NCBI GenBank assembly: GCA_963725835.1 | Contig: CAVSAB010000007.1 | Location: 25,910-89,909, forward strand | Source of the DNA: an uncultured beta proteobacterium | GTDB lineage: Bacteria; Pseudomonadota; Gammaproteobacteria; Burkholderiales; Gallionellaceae | Direction of reading: 5' to 3' | DNA: 64,000 nucleotides | Part shown: one piece after another, positions 20,644 to 31,216 of the stretch | How positions within the stretch are numbered: position 1 is the stretch's first letter | How the letters are laid out: the number at the start of each line of letters is the position of its first letter | The notes under the pieces: model-generated | Seen by the model: the letters and a program-made list of their open reading frames with translations, nothing else | What the model was told of the DNA's origin: nothing | The model's database searches: none | Made by a program: the position numbers and the translations under genes

Positions 20644-20995
20644 TTATTCGTATTCCGTATACTTTTTGGAACTACCTCGAACTTTTTCAGACGGATATTT
20701 CTTTGCATTGGCTTCAATTTTATGTTTAACCGAGTCCAACAGGTCGATATTTAGCTTGTCAGCAATTCTTATTAGGTATATCTGAATATCGGCTAGTTCT
20801 TCCCTTACCTTATCTAAATGTTTTTTCTCAAGCGATCTTGACTGTTCTTCGGTTAGCCATTGAAAATGTTCAACCAGTTCTGCCGCTTCCACTATCAACG
20901 CCATTGATAAGTTTTTGGGGGAATGGAACTGATCCCAATCTCGTTCTTCGGCAAACTGACGAAGCCGCAATTTTGAATTGATTAATCTCGTTCAT
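20644..20995 (-). CDS. MazG-like nucleotide pyrophosphohydrolase
   Basis: ERDWDQFHSPKNL, EAAELVEHFQW, EELADI, NAKKYP; ATG at 20995 requires one indel. Confidence 0.9.
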
Positions 20996-21080
20996 AATTT
21001 ATCTTCCAGTTCACACGTGCTTAAGCTAAATAAGGCAATTTCATTAAGTCGTTCCAGCTTAACGGCATGCGTTCTCCATA

Positions 21081-22622
21081 TTAACTGACCGCGCGCCGCG
21101 AAAAATCCCTCGGCCTGAAACCCAGCACACCCAGCACGGCAAAATAAACCACGACACCTTCGGCAACCAGAATGGACAAGCGCAGCACGCGCGACCAGCC
21201 GGAGCCGGTCAGCCAGCTTTGCTCCGTGCCCATGCCGAACCACAGCGTGAGTCCCAGCGCCAGCATCGCGATGACGATCCTGGCGAAGAATTTCGCCCAG
21301 CCCGGTTCGGGCTGGTAGATGCCGCGCTTGCGCAGGATAGTGGAACAGGATCGCGGAATTCAGGCAGGCCGCCGAGGCCGATCGATAGCGCCAGTCCGGC
21401 GTGCTGTATCCAGCCGATGAACAGCGCGTTCATCGCCTGGGTCGCCAGCAAGGTGACGATGCCGATCTTCACCGGGGTCCTGATGTCCTGTTTTGCGTAG
21501 AAACCGGGCGCGAGGATCTTCACCAGGATCATGCCGATCAGGCCGACGCTGTAGCCGATCAGCGCGTGGCTGGTCATCAGCACGTCGTGCGCGGCGAACG
21601 CGCCGCGCTGGAAGAAGGTCGCCAGCAGCGGCACCGCGATCATGCCCAGTGCGAGTGCTGCGGGCAGCGTCAGCATGACGGTCAGGCGCAAGCCCCAGTC
21701 CAGCAGCTTCGAATATTCCGCCGTGTTGTTGTCGGCATGGCATTTGGAAAGCGACGGCAGCAGGATGGAGCCCAGCGCCACGCCCAGAATCCCGGAGGGA
21801 AATTCCATCAGCCGGTCCGCGTAATACAGCCAGGACACGCTGCCCGCGACCAGGAACGAGGCGAAGATGGTGTTGATGAGCATGCTGATCTGGCCGATCG
21901 ACACGCCGAACACCGCCGGGCCCATCTGCCTGATGACGCGCCGCATGCCCGGGTCGTTCCAGTTGAAACGAATGCCGGGCAGCATGCCGATCTTTTTCAG
22001 GAACGGGACCTGGAACGCCAGTTGCACAAAGCCCGCGACGAACACCGCCCAGGCCAGCGCCAGGATGGGCGGGTCGAAATACGGCGCCAGCCACAGCGCG
22101 GCGCTGATGAAGCAGATATTGAGCAGTATCGGCGCGAACGGCCGGCACCCAGAACTTGTTGTAGGTGTTGAGTATGGCCGCCGCGACCGCGACCAGCGAG
22201 ATGAAGAAGATATACGGCGTGGTGATGCGCAGCAATTGCACGGTGAGGTCGAACTTCGGCGCATCCTTGAGGAAGCCGGGCGCGCTGATATACACGATGA
22301 CAGGCGCGGCGATGATGCCGATCAGCGTGACCACGAACAGGATGATCGCCAGCATCGTGGTGACGTGGTCGACCAGCAACTGGGTCTCTTCATGCCCGCG
22401 GCGGTTCCGGTATTCGCCGAAGATCGGCACGAACGCCTGCGAGAACGCGCCCTCGGCGAACAGGCGGCGCAGCAGGTTGGGCAGCCTGAACGCGACGAAG
22501 AACGCATCGGTCGCCATGCCCGCGCCGAACACGCGCGCGATCAGCACGTCGCGCACGAAGGCGAGGATGCGCGAAACCAGGGTCAGGCTGCTGATCGTGG
22601 CCAGCGATTTAAGAAGATTCAT
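21081..22622 (-). CDS. murJ: Lipid II flippase MurJ (frameshifts near 22142 and 21340-21360)
   Basis: [45 protein letters not shown]. Confidence 0.95.
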
Positions 22623-22776
22623 CGGCATCAACGCGCGGGATTTCAAACGTGGCGTATCATATCATTGCCTGCAGCCAATTCTGGCCGGACGGGAAGGCTC
22701 TAAAAAGATTTGCAAAAACAGTCTCAAATCTCTAGAATGCGCGCCTTTCGTGTTACCGAATTTACTAGGAGCAGTC

Positions 22777-23040
22777 ATGGCAAATAGCGCACAAGCTCGC
22801 AAGCGTGCTCATCAAGCAGTAAAACAGAACGTTCATAACAGCGGGCTGCGCTCGGAACTGCGCACCGCGGTGAAGAAAGTCATCAAGGCCATTGCAGCCG
22901 GCGACAAGGCAGCCGCGCAAGCCGTATATAAAGATTCCATGAGCACGGTGGATCGCATCGCCGACAAGAAGATCGTCCACAAGAACAAGGCCGCTCGACA
23001 CAAGAGCCGTCTGTCTGCGGCCATCAAGGCAATGGCGTAA
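22777..23040 (+). CDS. rpsT: 30S ribosomal protein S20
   Basis: [11 protein letters not shown]...[12 protein letters not shown]; divergent from murJ. Confidence 0.98.
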   Translation: MANSAQARKRAHQAVKQNVHNSGLRSELRTAVKKVIKAIAAGDKAAAQAVYKDSMSTVDRIADKKIVHKNKAARHKSRLSAAIKAMA

Positions 23041-23067
23041 GCGCCAGACCCGCCTTGATTCACCGCG

Positions 23068-23099
23068 CAAGCCGACAGCGATGTCGGCTTGTTTGTTTT
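23068..23099 (+). terminator. Intrinsic terminator after rpsT
   Basis: CAAGCCGACA-GCGA-TGTCGGCTTG followed by T-rich tract. Confidence 0.75.
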
Positions 23100-23195
23100 G
23101 TAACATTAGTTTCTCTTGCCTAGACGGAGCGAATTGGCTCAATATACGTCCTTTGATTCATCATTGAACGGCGGCTGGTCCGCCGTCATTATTTT

Positions 23196-24368
23196 ATGTC
23201 ACATGTAATGAATACTTATGCCCGGCTCCCCGTCGCTTTCGAGCGCGGCGAAGGCGCGTGGCTGTGGGATACCGAAGGCAAACGCTATCTGGACGGCCTG
23301 GCCGGCATCGCCGTGAACACGCTGGGCCACGCGCATCCGCGCTTCACAACCGCGCTCAAGGACCAGATCGGCAAACTGATCCACTGCTCCAACGTCTATC
23401 AGGTGAACGGACAGGAAGTGCTCGCCGACAAGCTGTGCAACCTGACCGGCATGCAGGAAGTGTTCTTCTGCAATTCCGGCTGCGAGGCGAACGAAGCCGC
23501 GATCAAACTGGCGCGCCTGTACGGTCACAAGCAGGGCATCGAATCGCCCGCGATCATCGTGATGGAAAAGGCCTTCCACGGGCGCACGCTGGCGACCCTT
23601 TCCGCCACCGGCAACCGCAAGGTGCAGGCGGGTTTCGAGCCGCTGGTCAGCGGTTTCGTGCGGGTTCCCTACAACGACCTGGACGCGATCCGGCAGGTCG
23701 CGCAGCACAACCGCAGCGTGGTTGCGGTACTGGTCGAACCGATACAGGGCGAGGGCGGCATACGCACGCTGGACATCGCATATCTGCAACAACTGCGGCA
23801 GATCTGCGACGAGCAGAACTGGCTGCTGATGCTGGACGAGGTGCAATGCGGCATCGGCCGCACCGGCAAGTGGTTCGCCTATCAGCATACCGGCATCCTG
23901 CCGGACGTGATGACGCTCGCCAAGGGCCTGGGCTCGGGCGTACCGATCGGTGCTTGCATCGCATCCGGCAAAGCAGCCGGCATCTTCCAGCCGGGCAATC
24001 ATGGCTCGACGTTCGGCGGCAATCCGCTGGCTTGCACAGCGGGCCTTACCACGCTGAATATCCTGGAGCAGGACAAATTACTGGCGCATGCCGAGAATCT
24101 GGGGAAATTAATTCATCAGGGCCTTGCCGCCGCATTGCAGGGCGTGAACGGAGTCAAGGAGATCCGCGGCCAGGGGCTGATGATAGGCATCGAACTCGAC
24201 AAGCCTTGCGGCGACCTGGTCAAGTCCGCCCTTGCCAAAGGCCTGCTGATCAATGTCACCGCCGACAACGTGATCCGGTTGCTGCCGCCGCTGATCATGA
24301 AACAGGACGAAGCGCAGCAATTGCTGGATATCCTGTGCCCGCTGATCAAAGAATTCCTGCAAACCTGA
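23196..24368 (+). CDS. argD: Acetylornithine aminotransferase
   Basis: NSGCEANE, FHGRT, EPIQGEGG, DEVQCG, TLAKGLG, HGSTFGGNP. Confidence 0.95.
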   Translation: MSHVMNTYARLPVAFERGEGAWLWDTEGKRYLDGLAGIAVNTLGHAHPRFTTALKDQIGKLIHCSNVYQVNGQEVLADKLCNLTGMQEVFFCNSGCEANEAAIKLARLYGHKQGIESPAIIVMEKAFHGRTLATLSATGNRKVQAGFEPLVSGFVRVPYNDLDAIRQVAQHNRSVVAVLVEPIQGEGGIRTLDIAYLQQLRQICDEQNWLLMLDEVQCGIGRTGKWFAYQHTGILPDVMTLAKGLGSGVPIGACIASGKAAGIFQPGNHGSTFGGNPLACTAGLTTLNILEQDKLLAHAENLGKLIHQGLAAALQGVNGVKEIRGQGLMIGIELDKPCGDLVKSALAKGLLINVTADNVIRLLPPLIMKQDEAQQLLDILCPLIKEFLQT

Positions 24369-24381
24369 CCGGAACACTATC

Positions 24382-25319
24382 ATGTCGGCAAAACAGACGG
24401 CGGCAGTAAAACACTTTTTGCAGTTCAGGGACTTCACGCGCGAGGAGTTTGACTATCTGTTCGAGCGCACCCGCATCATCAAGCAGAAGTTCAAGTCCTA
24501 TCAGCAGTATTGGCCGCTGACCGACCGCACGCTGGTGATGATCTTCGAAAAGGCCAGCACGCGCACGCGCCTGTCATTCGAAGCCGGCATGCAGCAACTC
24601 GGCGGTTCGGCGATCTACCTGAACACGCGCGATTCGCAACTGGGACGCGGCGAGCCGGTGGAAGATGCCGGACAGGTCATCTCGCGCATGTCCGATCTGG
24701 TGATGATCCGCACCTTCGAGCAGTCCATCATCGAGCGCTTCGCCGCGAATTCGCGCGTGCCGGTGATCAACGGCCTGACCAACGAATACCACCCGTGCCA
24801 GATCCTCGCCGACATCTACACCTACATCGAGCAGCGCGGCTCGATCAGGGCAAGACCGTGGCGTGGATCGGCGACTCCAACAACGTGTGCAACACCTGGC
24901 TGCAGGCCGCGGAGATACTCGATTTCAACGTGCATGTCTCGACCCCGCCCGGCTATGAAGTCGAGCCGGAGCGCGCCGGATTGTTCGGCGAGGATCACTA
25001 CGAGGAATTCGCCGACCCGATGCAGGCCGCGCGCGGCGCCAACCTGGTGACCACCGACGTATGGACAAGCATGGGCTTCGAGGCGGAAAACGAGGAACGC
25101 AAGAAGGACTTTGCCGACTGGCAGGTGGACGAGGACATGATGCGTGTCGCCGCCAAAGACGCGCTGTTCATGCACTGCCTGCCCGCGCATCGCGGCGAGG
25201 AAGTCTCCGCCGGCGTGATGGATGGCCCGCAAAGCGTGGTTTGGGATGAGGCAGAGAACAGACTGCATGCGCAGAAGGCTCTGATGGAATATTTGCTGTT
25301 GGGCAAAGTGAACAGCTAG
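24382..25319 (+). CDS. argF: Ornithine carbamoyltransferase (frameshift near 24848)
   Basis: STRTR, HPCQ, SMG, HCLP, AENRLH. Confidence 0.96.
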
Positions 25320-25351
25320 ATGAAACCTTATGCAAAAAGTTCGGTCTGTTC

Positions 25352-25457
25352 CGGTGAAGATTCACCTGCACATCAAGTTGGACCGCGCAACGTAGCCCGC
25401 AACCAGAATGGTTTGCATGCTGAAAATGCATTGATGGAATACCTGTTGACGGGAAAT
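25352..25457 (+). pseudogene. Degenerate duplicate of the argF 3' end
   Basis: GEDSPAHQVGPRNVARNQNGLHAENALMEYLLTGN vs argF GEEVSAGVMDGPQSVVWDEAENRLHAQKALMEYLLLGK. Confidence 0.7.
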
Positions 25458-25464
25458 TATCGTC

Positions 25465-25806
25465 ATGAACGAAGAATCGCCTCCAAAAGCACATACAGGC
25501 CATGGCAAGGAAAGCCGGCTGGCCGATCATATCCTGCCGTCATCGGCCACGATGATCGGGGTCTGCATGACGGTTATCAGCGTGGCGCACCTGATCCCGA
25601 AGCAGAGCATCAGCAGGCATGTCAACGAGATACTGGCCTTCGACAGCCTGCTATTTTTGGCAAGTTCGATGCTGTCCTATTTTTCGATACGCCATCCCCG
25701 GGCCGGGATAAAAAACGAGCGCCTGGCCGATGTGATCTTTTTGCTTGGCCTGGCGGTCATGGTGGTAGTGGGATTTGTCATTGCGTTTGAATTAATGGTC
25801 GATTAA
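25465..25806 (+). CDS. Small 3-TM hypothetical membrane protein
   Basis: HILPSSATMIGVCMTVI, three hydrophobic segments, ERLADVIF. Confidence 0.75.
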   Translation: MNEESPPKAHTGHGKESRLADHILPSSATMIGVCMTVISVAHLIPKQSISRHVNEILAFDSLLFLASSMLSYFSIRHPRAGIKNERLADVIFLLGLAVMVVVGFVIAFELMVD

Positions 25807-25821
25807 CCCGGTTGATAAAAC

Positions 25822-27048
25822 ATGTCTGACATCAAAAAAGTCGTGCTCGCCTATTCCGGCGGACTGGATACTTCGGTGATCCTCAAATGGCTGCAGGACA
25901 CTTATCATTGCGAAGTCGTCACCTTCACCGCCGACATCGGCCAGGGCGAGGAACTGGAGCCGGCGCGCGCCAAGGCCCTGAAAATGGGCATCAAGCCGGA
26001 AAATATCTTCATCGACGATATGCGCGAGGAGTTCGTGCGCGATTTCGTGTTCCCGATGTTCCGCGCCAACACCGTGTATGAAGGCGAATACCTGCTCGGC
26101 ACCTCGATCGCGCGCCCGCTGATCGCCAAGCGTCTGATCGAAATCGCCGCCAAGACCGGCGCGCAGGCCATCGCGCACGGCGCGACCGGCAAGGGCAATG
26201 ACCAGGTTCGCTTCGAACTGGGCGCCTATGCGCTGAACCCGAACATCAAGGTCATCGCGCCGTGGCGCGAATGGGATCTGCTGTCCCGCGAAAAACTGAT
26301 GGCCTATGCCGAGAAGGCCGGCATACCGATCGACATGAAACACAAGAAAGGCGGCTCGCCGTATTCGATGGATGCGAACCTGCTGCACATCTCCTTCGAA
26401 GGCCGCCATCTGGAAGACCCGGCCGCAGAGGCTGAAGAGAGCATGTGGCGCTGGACCGTGTCGCCGGAAAAGGCGCCGGATGCCGCCGAATACCTGGATA
26501 TCGAATTCAAGGCTGGCGACATCGTGGCGCTGAACGGCGCAAAGATGTCTCCCGCGCAGGTGCTGACCAAGCTGAACGAATTGGGCGGCAAGCACGGCAT
26601 CGGCCGCCTCGACCTGGTGGAGAACCGCTACGTCGGAATGAAGTCGCGCGGCTGCTACGAAACGCCGGGCGGAACGATCATGCTCAAGGCGCACCGCGCG
26701 ATCGAGTCGATCACGCTGGATCGCGAGGTCGCGCATCTGAAAGATGATTTGATGCCGCGCTACGCCAGCATGATCTACAACGGCTACTGGTGGAGCCCGG
26801 AGCGCAAGGCACTGCAGACGCTGATCGACCACACCCAGCAGAACGTGAACGGCTGGGTGCGCGTCAAGCTGTACAAGGGCAACGTGATCGTCGTCGGGCG
26901 CGATTCCAAGACCGACTCGCTGTTCGACCCGACCATCGCCACCTTCGAGGACGACAAGGGCGCGTACGACCAGAAGGATGCGGCGGGTTTCATCAAGCTG
27001 AACGCATTGCGCATGCGCATCGCGGCAAATCTGCACAAGAAGAAATAG
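25822..27048 (+). CDS. argG: Argininosuccinate synthase
   Basis: [38 protein letters not shown]. Confidence 0.98.
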   Translation: MSDIKKVVLAYSGGLDTSVILKWLQDTYHCEVVTFTADIGQGEELEPARAKALKMGIKPENIFIDDMREEFVRDFVFPMFRANTVYEGEYLLGTSIARPLIAKRLIEIAAKTGAQAIAHGATGKGNDQVRFELGAYALNPNIKVIAPWREWDLLSREKLMAYAEKAGIPIDMKHKKGGSPYSMDANLLHISFEGRHLEDPAAEAEESMWRWTVSPEKAPDAAEYLDIEFKAGDIVALNGAKMSPAQVLTKLNELGGKHGIGRLDLVENRYVGMKSRGCYETPGGTIMLKAHRAIESITLDREVAHLKDDLMPRYASMIYNGYWWSPERKALQTLIDHTQQNVNGWVRVKLYKGNVIVVGRDSKTDSLFDPTIATFEDDKGAYDQKDAAGFIKLNALRMRIAANLHKKK

Positions 27049-27076
27049 TCGCTGATTTTTATCATGGGAAATAATC

Positions 27077-27568
27077 GTGATTCACGAACTGAGCGGGGAC
27101 ATATTATTCAGCGGTGCCAAAGCCATCGCGCAGGGTGTCGCGCCCAACGATGACTTTCATCAGGGTCTCGCCCTGCAGCTGCGCGAGCGCATGCCCGCGA
27201 TGTACAAGGACTTCCGCCACTACTGCCAGACCAAACACCCAAAGTCCGGCGGCGTGTGGTCATGGATGAGCGCCGACGGCCGTTACATCGTCAATCTGTT
27301 TACGCGGGAAGCCGCTTACGGCGTCGGCAGCAAGCCCGGCCGAGCCAAACTCAGCCACGTGAATCGCGCATTGCATGAACTGCGCGATTTCGTGCAGAAG
27401 GAAAAAGTGACCAGCATTGCATTGCCGCGTCTCGCTTGCGGTCTGACCGGCCTTGACTGGAACGAGGTCAAGCCGCTGATCGATAGCCAGCTCGGCGATC
27501 TCCGCATCCCCGTTTACGTTTATGTCACATACCAAAAAGGCGTCAAAGCCAGCGAACCCCAGAAATAA
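27077..27568 (+). CDS. Macro domain protein (TARG1/DarG/Poa1p-like)
   Basis: GDIL, GLALQL, IVNLFT, SIALPRLACGLTGLDW. Confidence 0.8.
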   Translation: MIHELSGDILFSGAKAIAQGVAPNDDFHQGLALQLRERMPAMYKDFRHYCQTKHPKSGGVWSWMSADGRYIVNLFTREAAYGVGSKPGRAKLSHVNRALHELRDFVQKEKVTSIALPRLACGLTGLDWNEVKPLIDSQLGDLRIPVYVYVTYQKGVKASEPQK

Positions 27569-27594
27569 CCAAACCATCCAGGAGGAAAAACAGC

Positions 27595-27915
27595 ATGTCA
27601 GACAGGATAGCTAACGTCAGCGTCGGCAAGAAGGCCAACGTGTTCTTCGACGGCAAGTGCGTATCGCACTCCGTGTATTTTCCCGACGGCACGCGCAAGA
27701 CCGTCGGCGTGGTGCTGCCCAACAGCAAGCTCACCTTCAACGTCAGCACGCCCGAGCTGATGGAGATCAGCGGGGGAACCTGCAAGGTGAAGATCGCGGG
27801 CGAACCCGGATTCAGGGATTATCCGGAAGGCGCGAGCTTCAAGGTCGCAGCCAACAGCAGCTTCGATATCCATACCGGAGCAGAGGCCGTCCATTACGTT
27901 TGCAGTTTTGATTAG
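27595..27915 (+). CDS. ppnP: Pyrimidine/purine nucleoside phosphorylase
   Basis: [35 protein letters not shown]. Confidence 0.9.
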   Translation: MSDRIANVSVGKKANVFFDGKCVSHSVYFPDGTRKTVGVVLPNSKLTFNVSTPELMEISGGTCKVKIAGEPGFRDYPEGASFKVAANSSFDIHTGAEAVHYVCSFD

Positions 27916-27920
27916 GAATT

Positions 27921-27983
27921 TCCCTCTCCCGCGCTAACGCGCACCCCTCTCCCGCTGGCGGGAGAGGGGCTGGGGGAGAGGGA
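27921..27983. repeat. REP-like nested palindrome
   Basis: TCCCTCTCCC...GGGAGAGGGA enclosing CCCCTCTCCCGC-TG-GCGGGAGAGGGG. Confidence 0.8.
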
Positions 27984-28010
27984 GAACACAAATTTACGGG
28001 AGTTCACAGC

Positions 28011-28499
28011 ATGCCTACCTTCGACATCGTTTCAGAAGTAGACAAGACCGAGGTCAAGAACGCGATCGAGCAGACCAACAAGGAAGTCGGCACCCGCTTC
28101 GACTTCAAGGGCTCCGATGCGCGCGTCGAACAGGCCGAGCTCAAGCTCACCGTGTTTGCCGACAACGAGTTCCAGTTGAACCAGGTGCAGGATATCCTGA
28201 ACGGCAAGCTGACCAAGCGCGGCGTGGACATCAAGTGCCTGGAGATCAGCGACAAGATCGAGAAGGTCAGCGGCAACAAGGTGAAGCGCGGCTGCGAAGT
28301 CAAGGTCGGCGTGGATATCGAGCTTGCCAAGAAGATCGTCAGGCACATCAAGGACAGCAAGCTCAAGGTGCAGGCCAGCATCCAGGGAGACACCGTGCGG
28401 GTCACCGGCAAGAAGCGCGATGACCTGCAGGAAGCCATCGCCTTCGTCAAGAAGACCATCACCGATTTTCCGTTGCAATACCAGAATTTCCGCGACTGA
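28011..28499 (+). CDS. yajQ: YajQ family nucleotide/c-di-GMP-binding protein
   Basis: [36 protein letters not shown]. Confidence 0.96.
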   Translation: MPTFDIVSEVDKTEVKNAIEQTNKEVGTRFDFKGSDARVEQAELKLTVFADNEFQLNQVQDILNGKLTKRGVDIKCLEISDKIEKVSGNKVKRGCEVKVGVDIELAKKIVRHIKDSKLKVQASIQGDTVRVTGKKRDDLQEAIAFVKKTITDFPLQYQNFRD

Positions 28500-28541
28500 G
28501 TCCCGCGGCCGGATGGATCGTCCGGCCGATATCTGCCGTCC

Positions 28542-29366
28542 ATGCTGTCTGTCTGCAAATTCGCGCGCTGTAAATATCTGCTTGGTACGGGCATATTCCT
28601 GATCTGCCTGAATGTGACTGCCCGCGCAGATGACACGCAGACTCCCGCTTATCCGGAAATCCTGGTGGATGACGTCAAACACGTCCTCACCTCCCCGGCG
28701 CGCTGGGAGGATCAGGATTGGAAAAACCTTGCACTCGCCACGGCAGGCATCGTCGGTGTCGGCGCGATACTGGATGGCCCGGTCCGCGACGAGATGCGCC
28801 GCCATGCACCCAACGACAATCCGTTCCTGCATAATGTTGAACGCTTCGGCGCGCAATATTCGTTTGCCGTGCTCGGCGGATTTTACGTGGCCGGCGCGAT
28901 CGGGAACAACGACACGGCGGTCGCCGTCGCACAGGACGGCCTGGCAGCGAGCATCATCGCCACCGGTATCATCACGCCGACGATCAAATTCATCACCGGC
29001 CGCGCCCGGCCGCGCGAGAATCTCGGCATCGCCGCATTCCACCCGTTCAGCCTGAGCTATTCCTCGAACTCCTCGTTTCCCTCCGGTCATACCACTCAGG
29101 CATTCGCCGTGGCCTCGGTCATTGCCAATCACTATGACGGCACATGGGTGGCTTATTCCTCATATACGGTTGCCGGCTTGGTGGGCGTTGCGCGCATATA
29201 CCATGATGCCCACTTCACCTCGGACGTCGTCGCAGGCGCGTTGATCGGTACACTGGTCGGAAAAAGCGTGGTCGCACACAACCAATCCTTGCGTTCAGGC
29301 AAAGTGGCGATCCTGCCGGAAATCGCACCGGGTTTCATAGGCGTGCGCTTCACAGGCAATTTTTAG
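28542..29366 (+). CDS. PAP2 family phosphatase
   Basis: KFITGRARP, SFPSGH, ARIYHDAHFTSDV. Confidence 0.9.
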   Translation: MLSVCKFARCKYLLGTGIFLICLNVTARADDTQTPAYPEILVDDVKHVLTSPARWEDQDWKNLALATAGIVGVGAILDGPVRDEMRRHAPNDNPFLHNVERFGAQYSFAVLGGFYVAGAIGNNDTAVAVAQDGLAASIIATGIITPTIKFITGRARPRENLGIAAFHPFSLSYSSNSSFPSGHTTQAFAVASVIANHYDGTWVAYSSYTVAGLVGVARIYHDAHFTSDVVAGALIGTLVGKSVVAHNQSLRSGKVAILPEIAPGFIGVRFTGNF

Positions 29367-29470
29367 GGCACTTCGGCCAATAGGAATACAATTCCAATCA
29401 CCGCGAAACCCGCTTGTCTTTCCGGACTCTAACGGGCACTCGTCATAATGCCGAATCCGAGGAATCTGAT

Positions 29471-30013
29471 ATGAAAAACGTTTTGGTTTTATTCGCCGAA
29501 GGCAGCGAAGAGCTGGAGGCCATCACGATCGTCAACATCCTGCGTCGAGCCGGCGTTTCTGTCACTCTGGCGGGCTTGAATACAGGCGCGTTGCGGGGCA
29601 GCCGGGGCGTGATGCTGATGCCGGATAAATCGCTTGATGATGTACTGCATGAGGAATTCGACATGGTCGTCCTTCCCGGCGGCCAGCCCGGCACCAACCA
29701 TCTGAAAGCCGATGCGCGCGTGCTGGGGCTGGTTCAGCGCATGGAGAAGCAAGGAAAATATGTCGCCGCGATCTGCGCCGCGCCTTCGGTGCTTGCCACT
29801 GCCGGATTGCTGGACAGCAAACAAGCCACCAGCTTCCCCGGCGCGCTGGACCCCTACCCCAAGGTCAAAAAACAGCACACCGCCATCGTCGAAGACGGCA
29901 GGATCATCACTTCGCGCGGGCCGGGTACCGCGATGGATTTCGCGCTGACCCTGGCAGAACGGCTGGCCGGTTCAGCCAAACGGCGGGAAGTCGAAGCGGG
30001 TTTGCAGCGTTAG
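29471..30013 (+). CDS. yajL: DJ-1/YajL family glyoxalase
   Basis: EELEA, LPGG, AAICAAP, TSRGPGTA. Confidence 0.88.
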   Translation: MKNVLVLFAEGSEELEAITIVNILRRAGVSVTLAGLNTGALRGSRGVMLMPDKSLDDVLHEEFDMVVLPGGQPGTNHLKADARVLGLVQRMEKQGKYVAAICAAPSVLATAGLLDSKQATSFPGALDPYPKVKKQHTAIVEDGRIITSRGPGTAMDFALTLAERLAGSAKRREVEAGLQR

Positions 30014-30047
30014 TCGCACCCGATACTCGCATCCGGCATCAACGGTG

Positions 30048-30392
30048 CTACTTGACCACCTTGATTTCACTGATCGAGTATTGCCCCTTGCGGGCTTCGA
30101 CCAGCGTGAATGCGACTTTTTGTCCTTTTTTCAGGTTGGCCAGCAAGGTCTTGTCCTGAACTTCAAAACTCATGGTCATCGCCTTCCAGCCCAGGCTGGG
30201 TATCGGCCCGTGGCTCAAATTGACCTTGCCCGCTTTGGCATCCACACTGTTGATCATGCCCTGTCCCTGATAGCTTTCTGCGGGAGCCCTGCCGTCCATG
30301 GGCATGATGAAGTTCGCGTCCTCTGCAACTGCGGGAATCGCAGTCAGTGCCAGAAGAGCCAACAGGATCAAATAAAATGCATTATTTTTCAC
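30048..30392 (-). CDS. CusF-like periplasmic copper-binding protein
   Basis: Signal peptide; LSHGPIPSLGWKAMTMSF. Confidence 0.85.
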   Translation of the reverse strand: MKNNAFYLILLALLALTAIPAVAEDANFIMPMDGRAPAESYQGQGMINSVDAKAGKVNLSHGPIPSLGWKAMTMSFEVQDKTLLANLKKGQKVAFTLVEARKGQYSISEIKVVK

Positions 30393-30552
30393 AGTGCCTC
30401 CCGCGCAGAGTTATGAATGACCGGCTTGCGGCTGCGATAATACTTAAAACCCGGCTTCATATCAAAGGTATCCGGCAAAGCGCGCTTGTGTCCCAATGTG
30501 AAATTTGCAGGCGCAGAAACAGAGCCGCCGGCAGGATCGATCGCGCAACCGT

Positions 30553-31215
30553 TCATCTCAAGCTCATCACCTTCCAGCCATGCAGTTCGGCATGCTGGCG
30601 CAGCGTGTCATCCGGATTCACCGCTATCGGGTTTTTCACCCTGGCAAGCAACGGCAGATCGTTGAGCGAATCGCTGTAAAAGGTCGTGTTCGCAAAGCTG
30701 TTCCAATCCCAGCCTTGCTGCGCCATCCAGTTTTCCAGACGCGTGATCTTTCCCTCGCGAAAGCACGGCACGCCGGCAACGCGTCCGGTGAATTCGCCAT
30801 CCTTGTGTTCCGGTTCGGTGGCGATCAAATGCTCCACACCGAATTCCCGCGCGATCGGCGCAGTGACGAAACTGTTGGTCGCGGTGATGATGGCGCACAC
30901 ATCTCCTGCCGCGCGATGGCGGTCGACCAGTTCGCGCGCAGCCTTCGGAATCATACCCAGCGCCTGCTCGCGCATGAACCGCCGGTGCCACTCATCCAGC
31001 GTCTTGCGCGCATGGCGCGACAACGGTTTCAGTTGAAAATCGAGGAACTCCTGGATATCCAGAGTCCCGGCCTTGTAGTGTTCGTAGAAGGCCAGGTTCC
31101 GGGCTTCGAACAATTCGCGGTCGAGCACGCCGATGCGGATCAGGAATTGCGACCATTCGAAATCGCTGTCGCCGTCAAGCAAGGTGTTGTCCAGATCGAA
31201 TAAAGCCAAATTCAC
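30553..31215 (-). CDS. HAD-IB family hydrolase (SerB-like)
   Basis: FDLDNTLL, ITATN, REGK, FYSDSLNDLPLL. Confidence 0.92.
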   Translation of the reverse strand: MNLALFDLDNTLLDGDSDFEWSQFLIRIGVLDRELFEARNLAFYEHYKAGTLDIQEFLDFQLKPLSRHARKTLDEWHRRFMREQALGMIPKAARELVDRHRAAGDVCAIITATNSFVTAPIAREFGVEHLIATEPEHKDGEFTGRVAGVPCFREGKITRLENWMAQQGWDWNSFANTTFYSDSLNDLPLLARVKNPIAVNPDDTLRQHAELHGWKVMSLR

Positions 31216-31216
31216 T

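Noticed and set aside
22165-22776. 291-aa ORF ending in S20
   Set aside because: The upstream part is antisense to murJ; rpsT has its own RBS and ATG at 22777.
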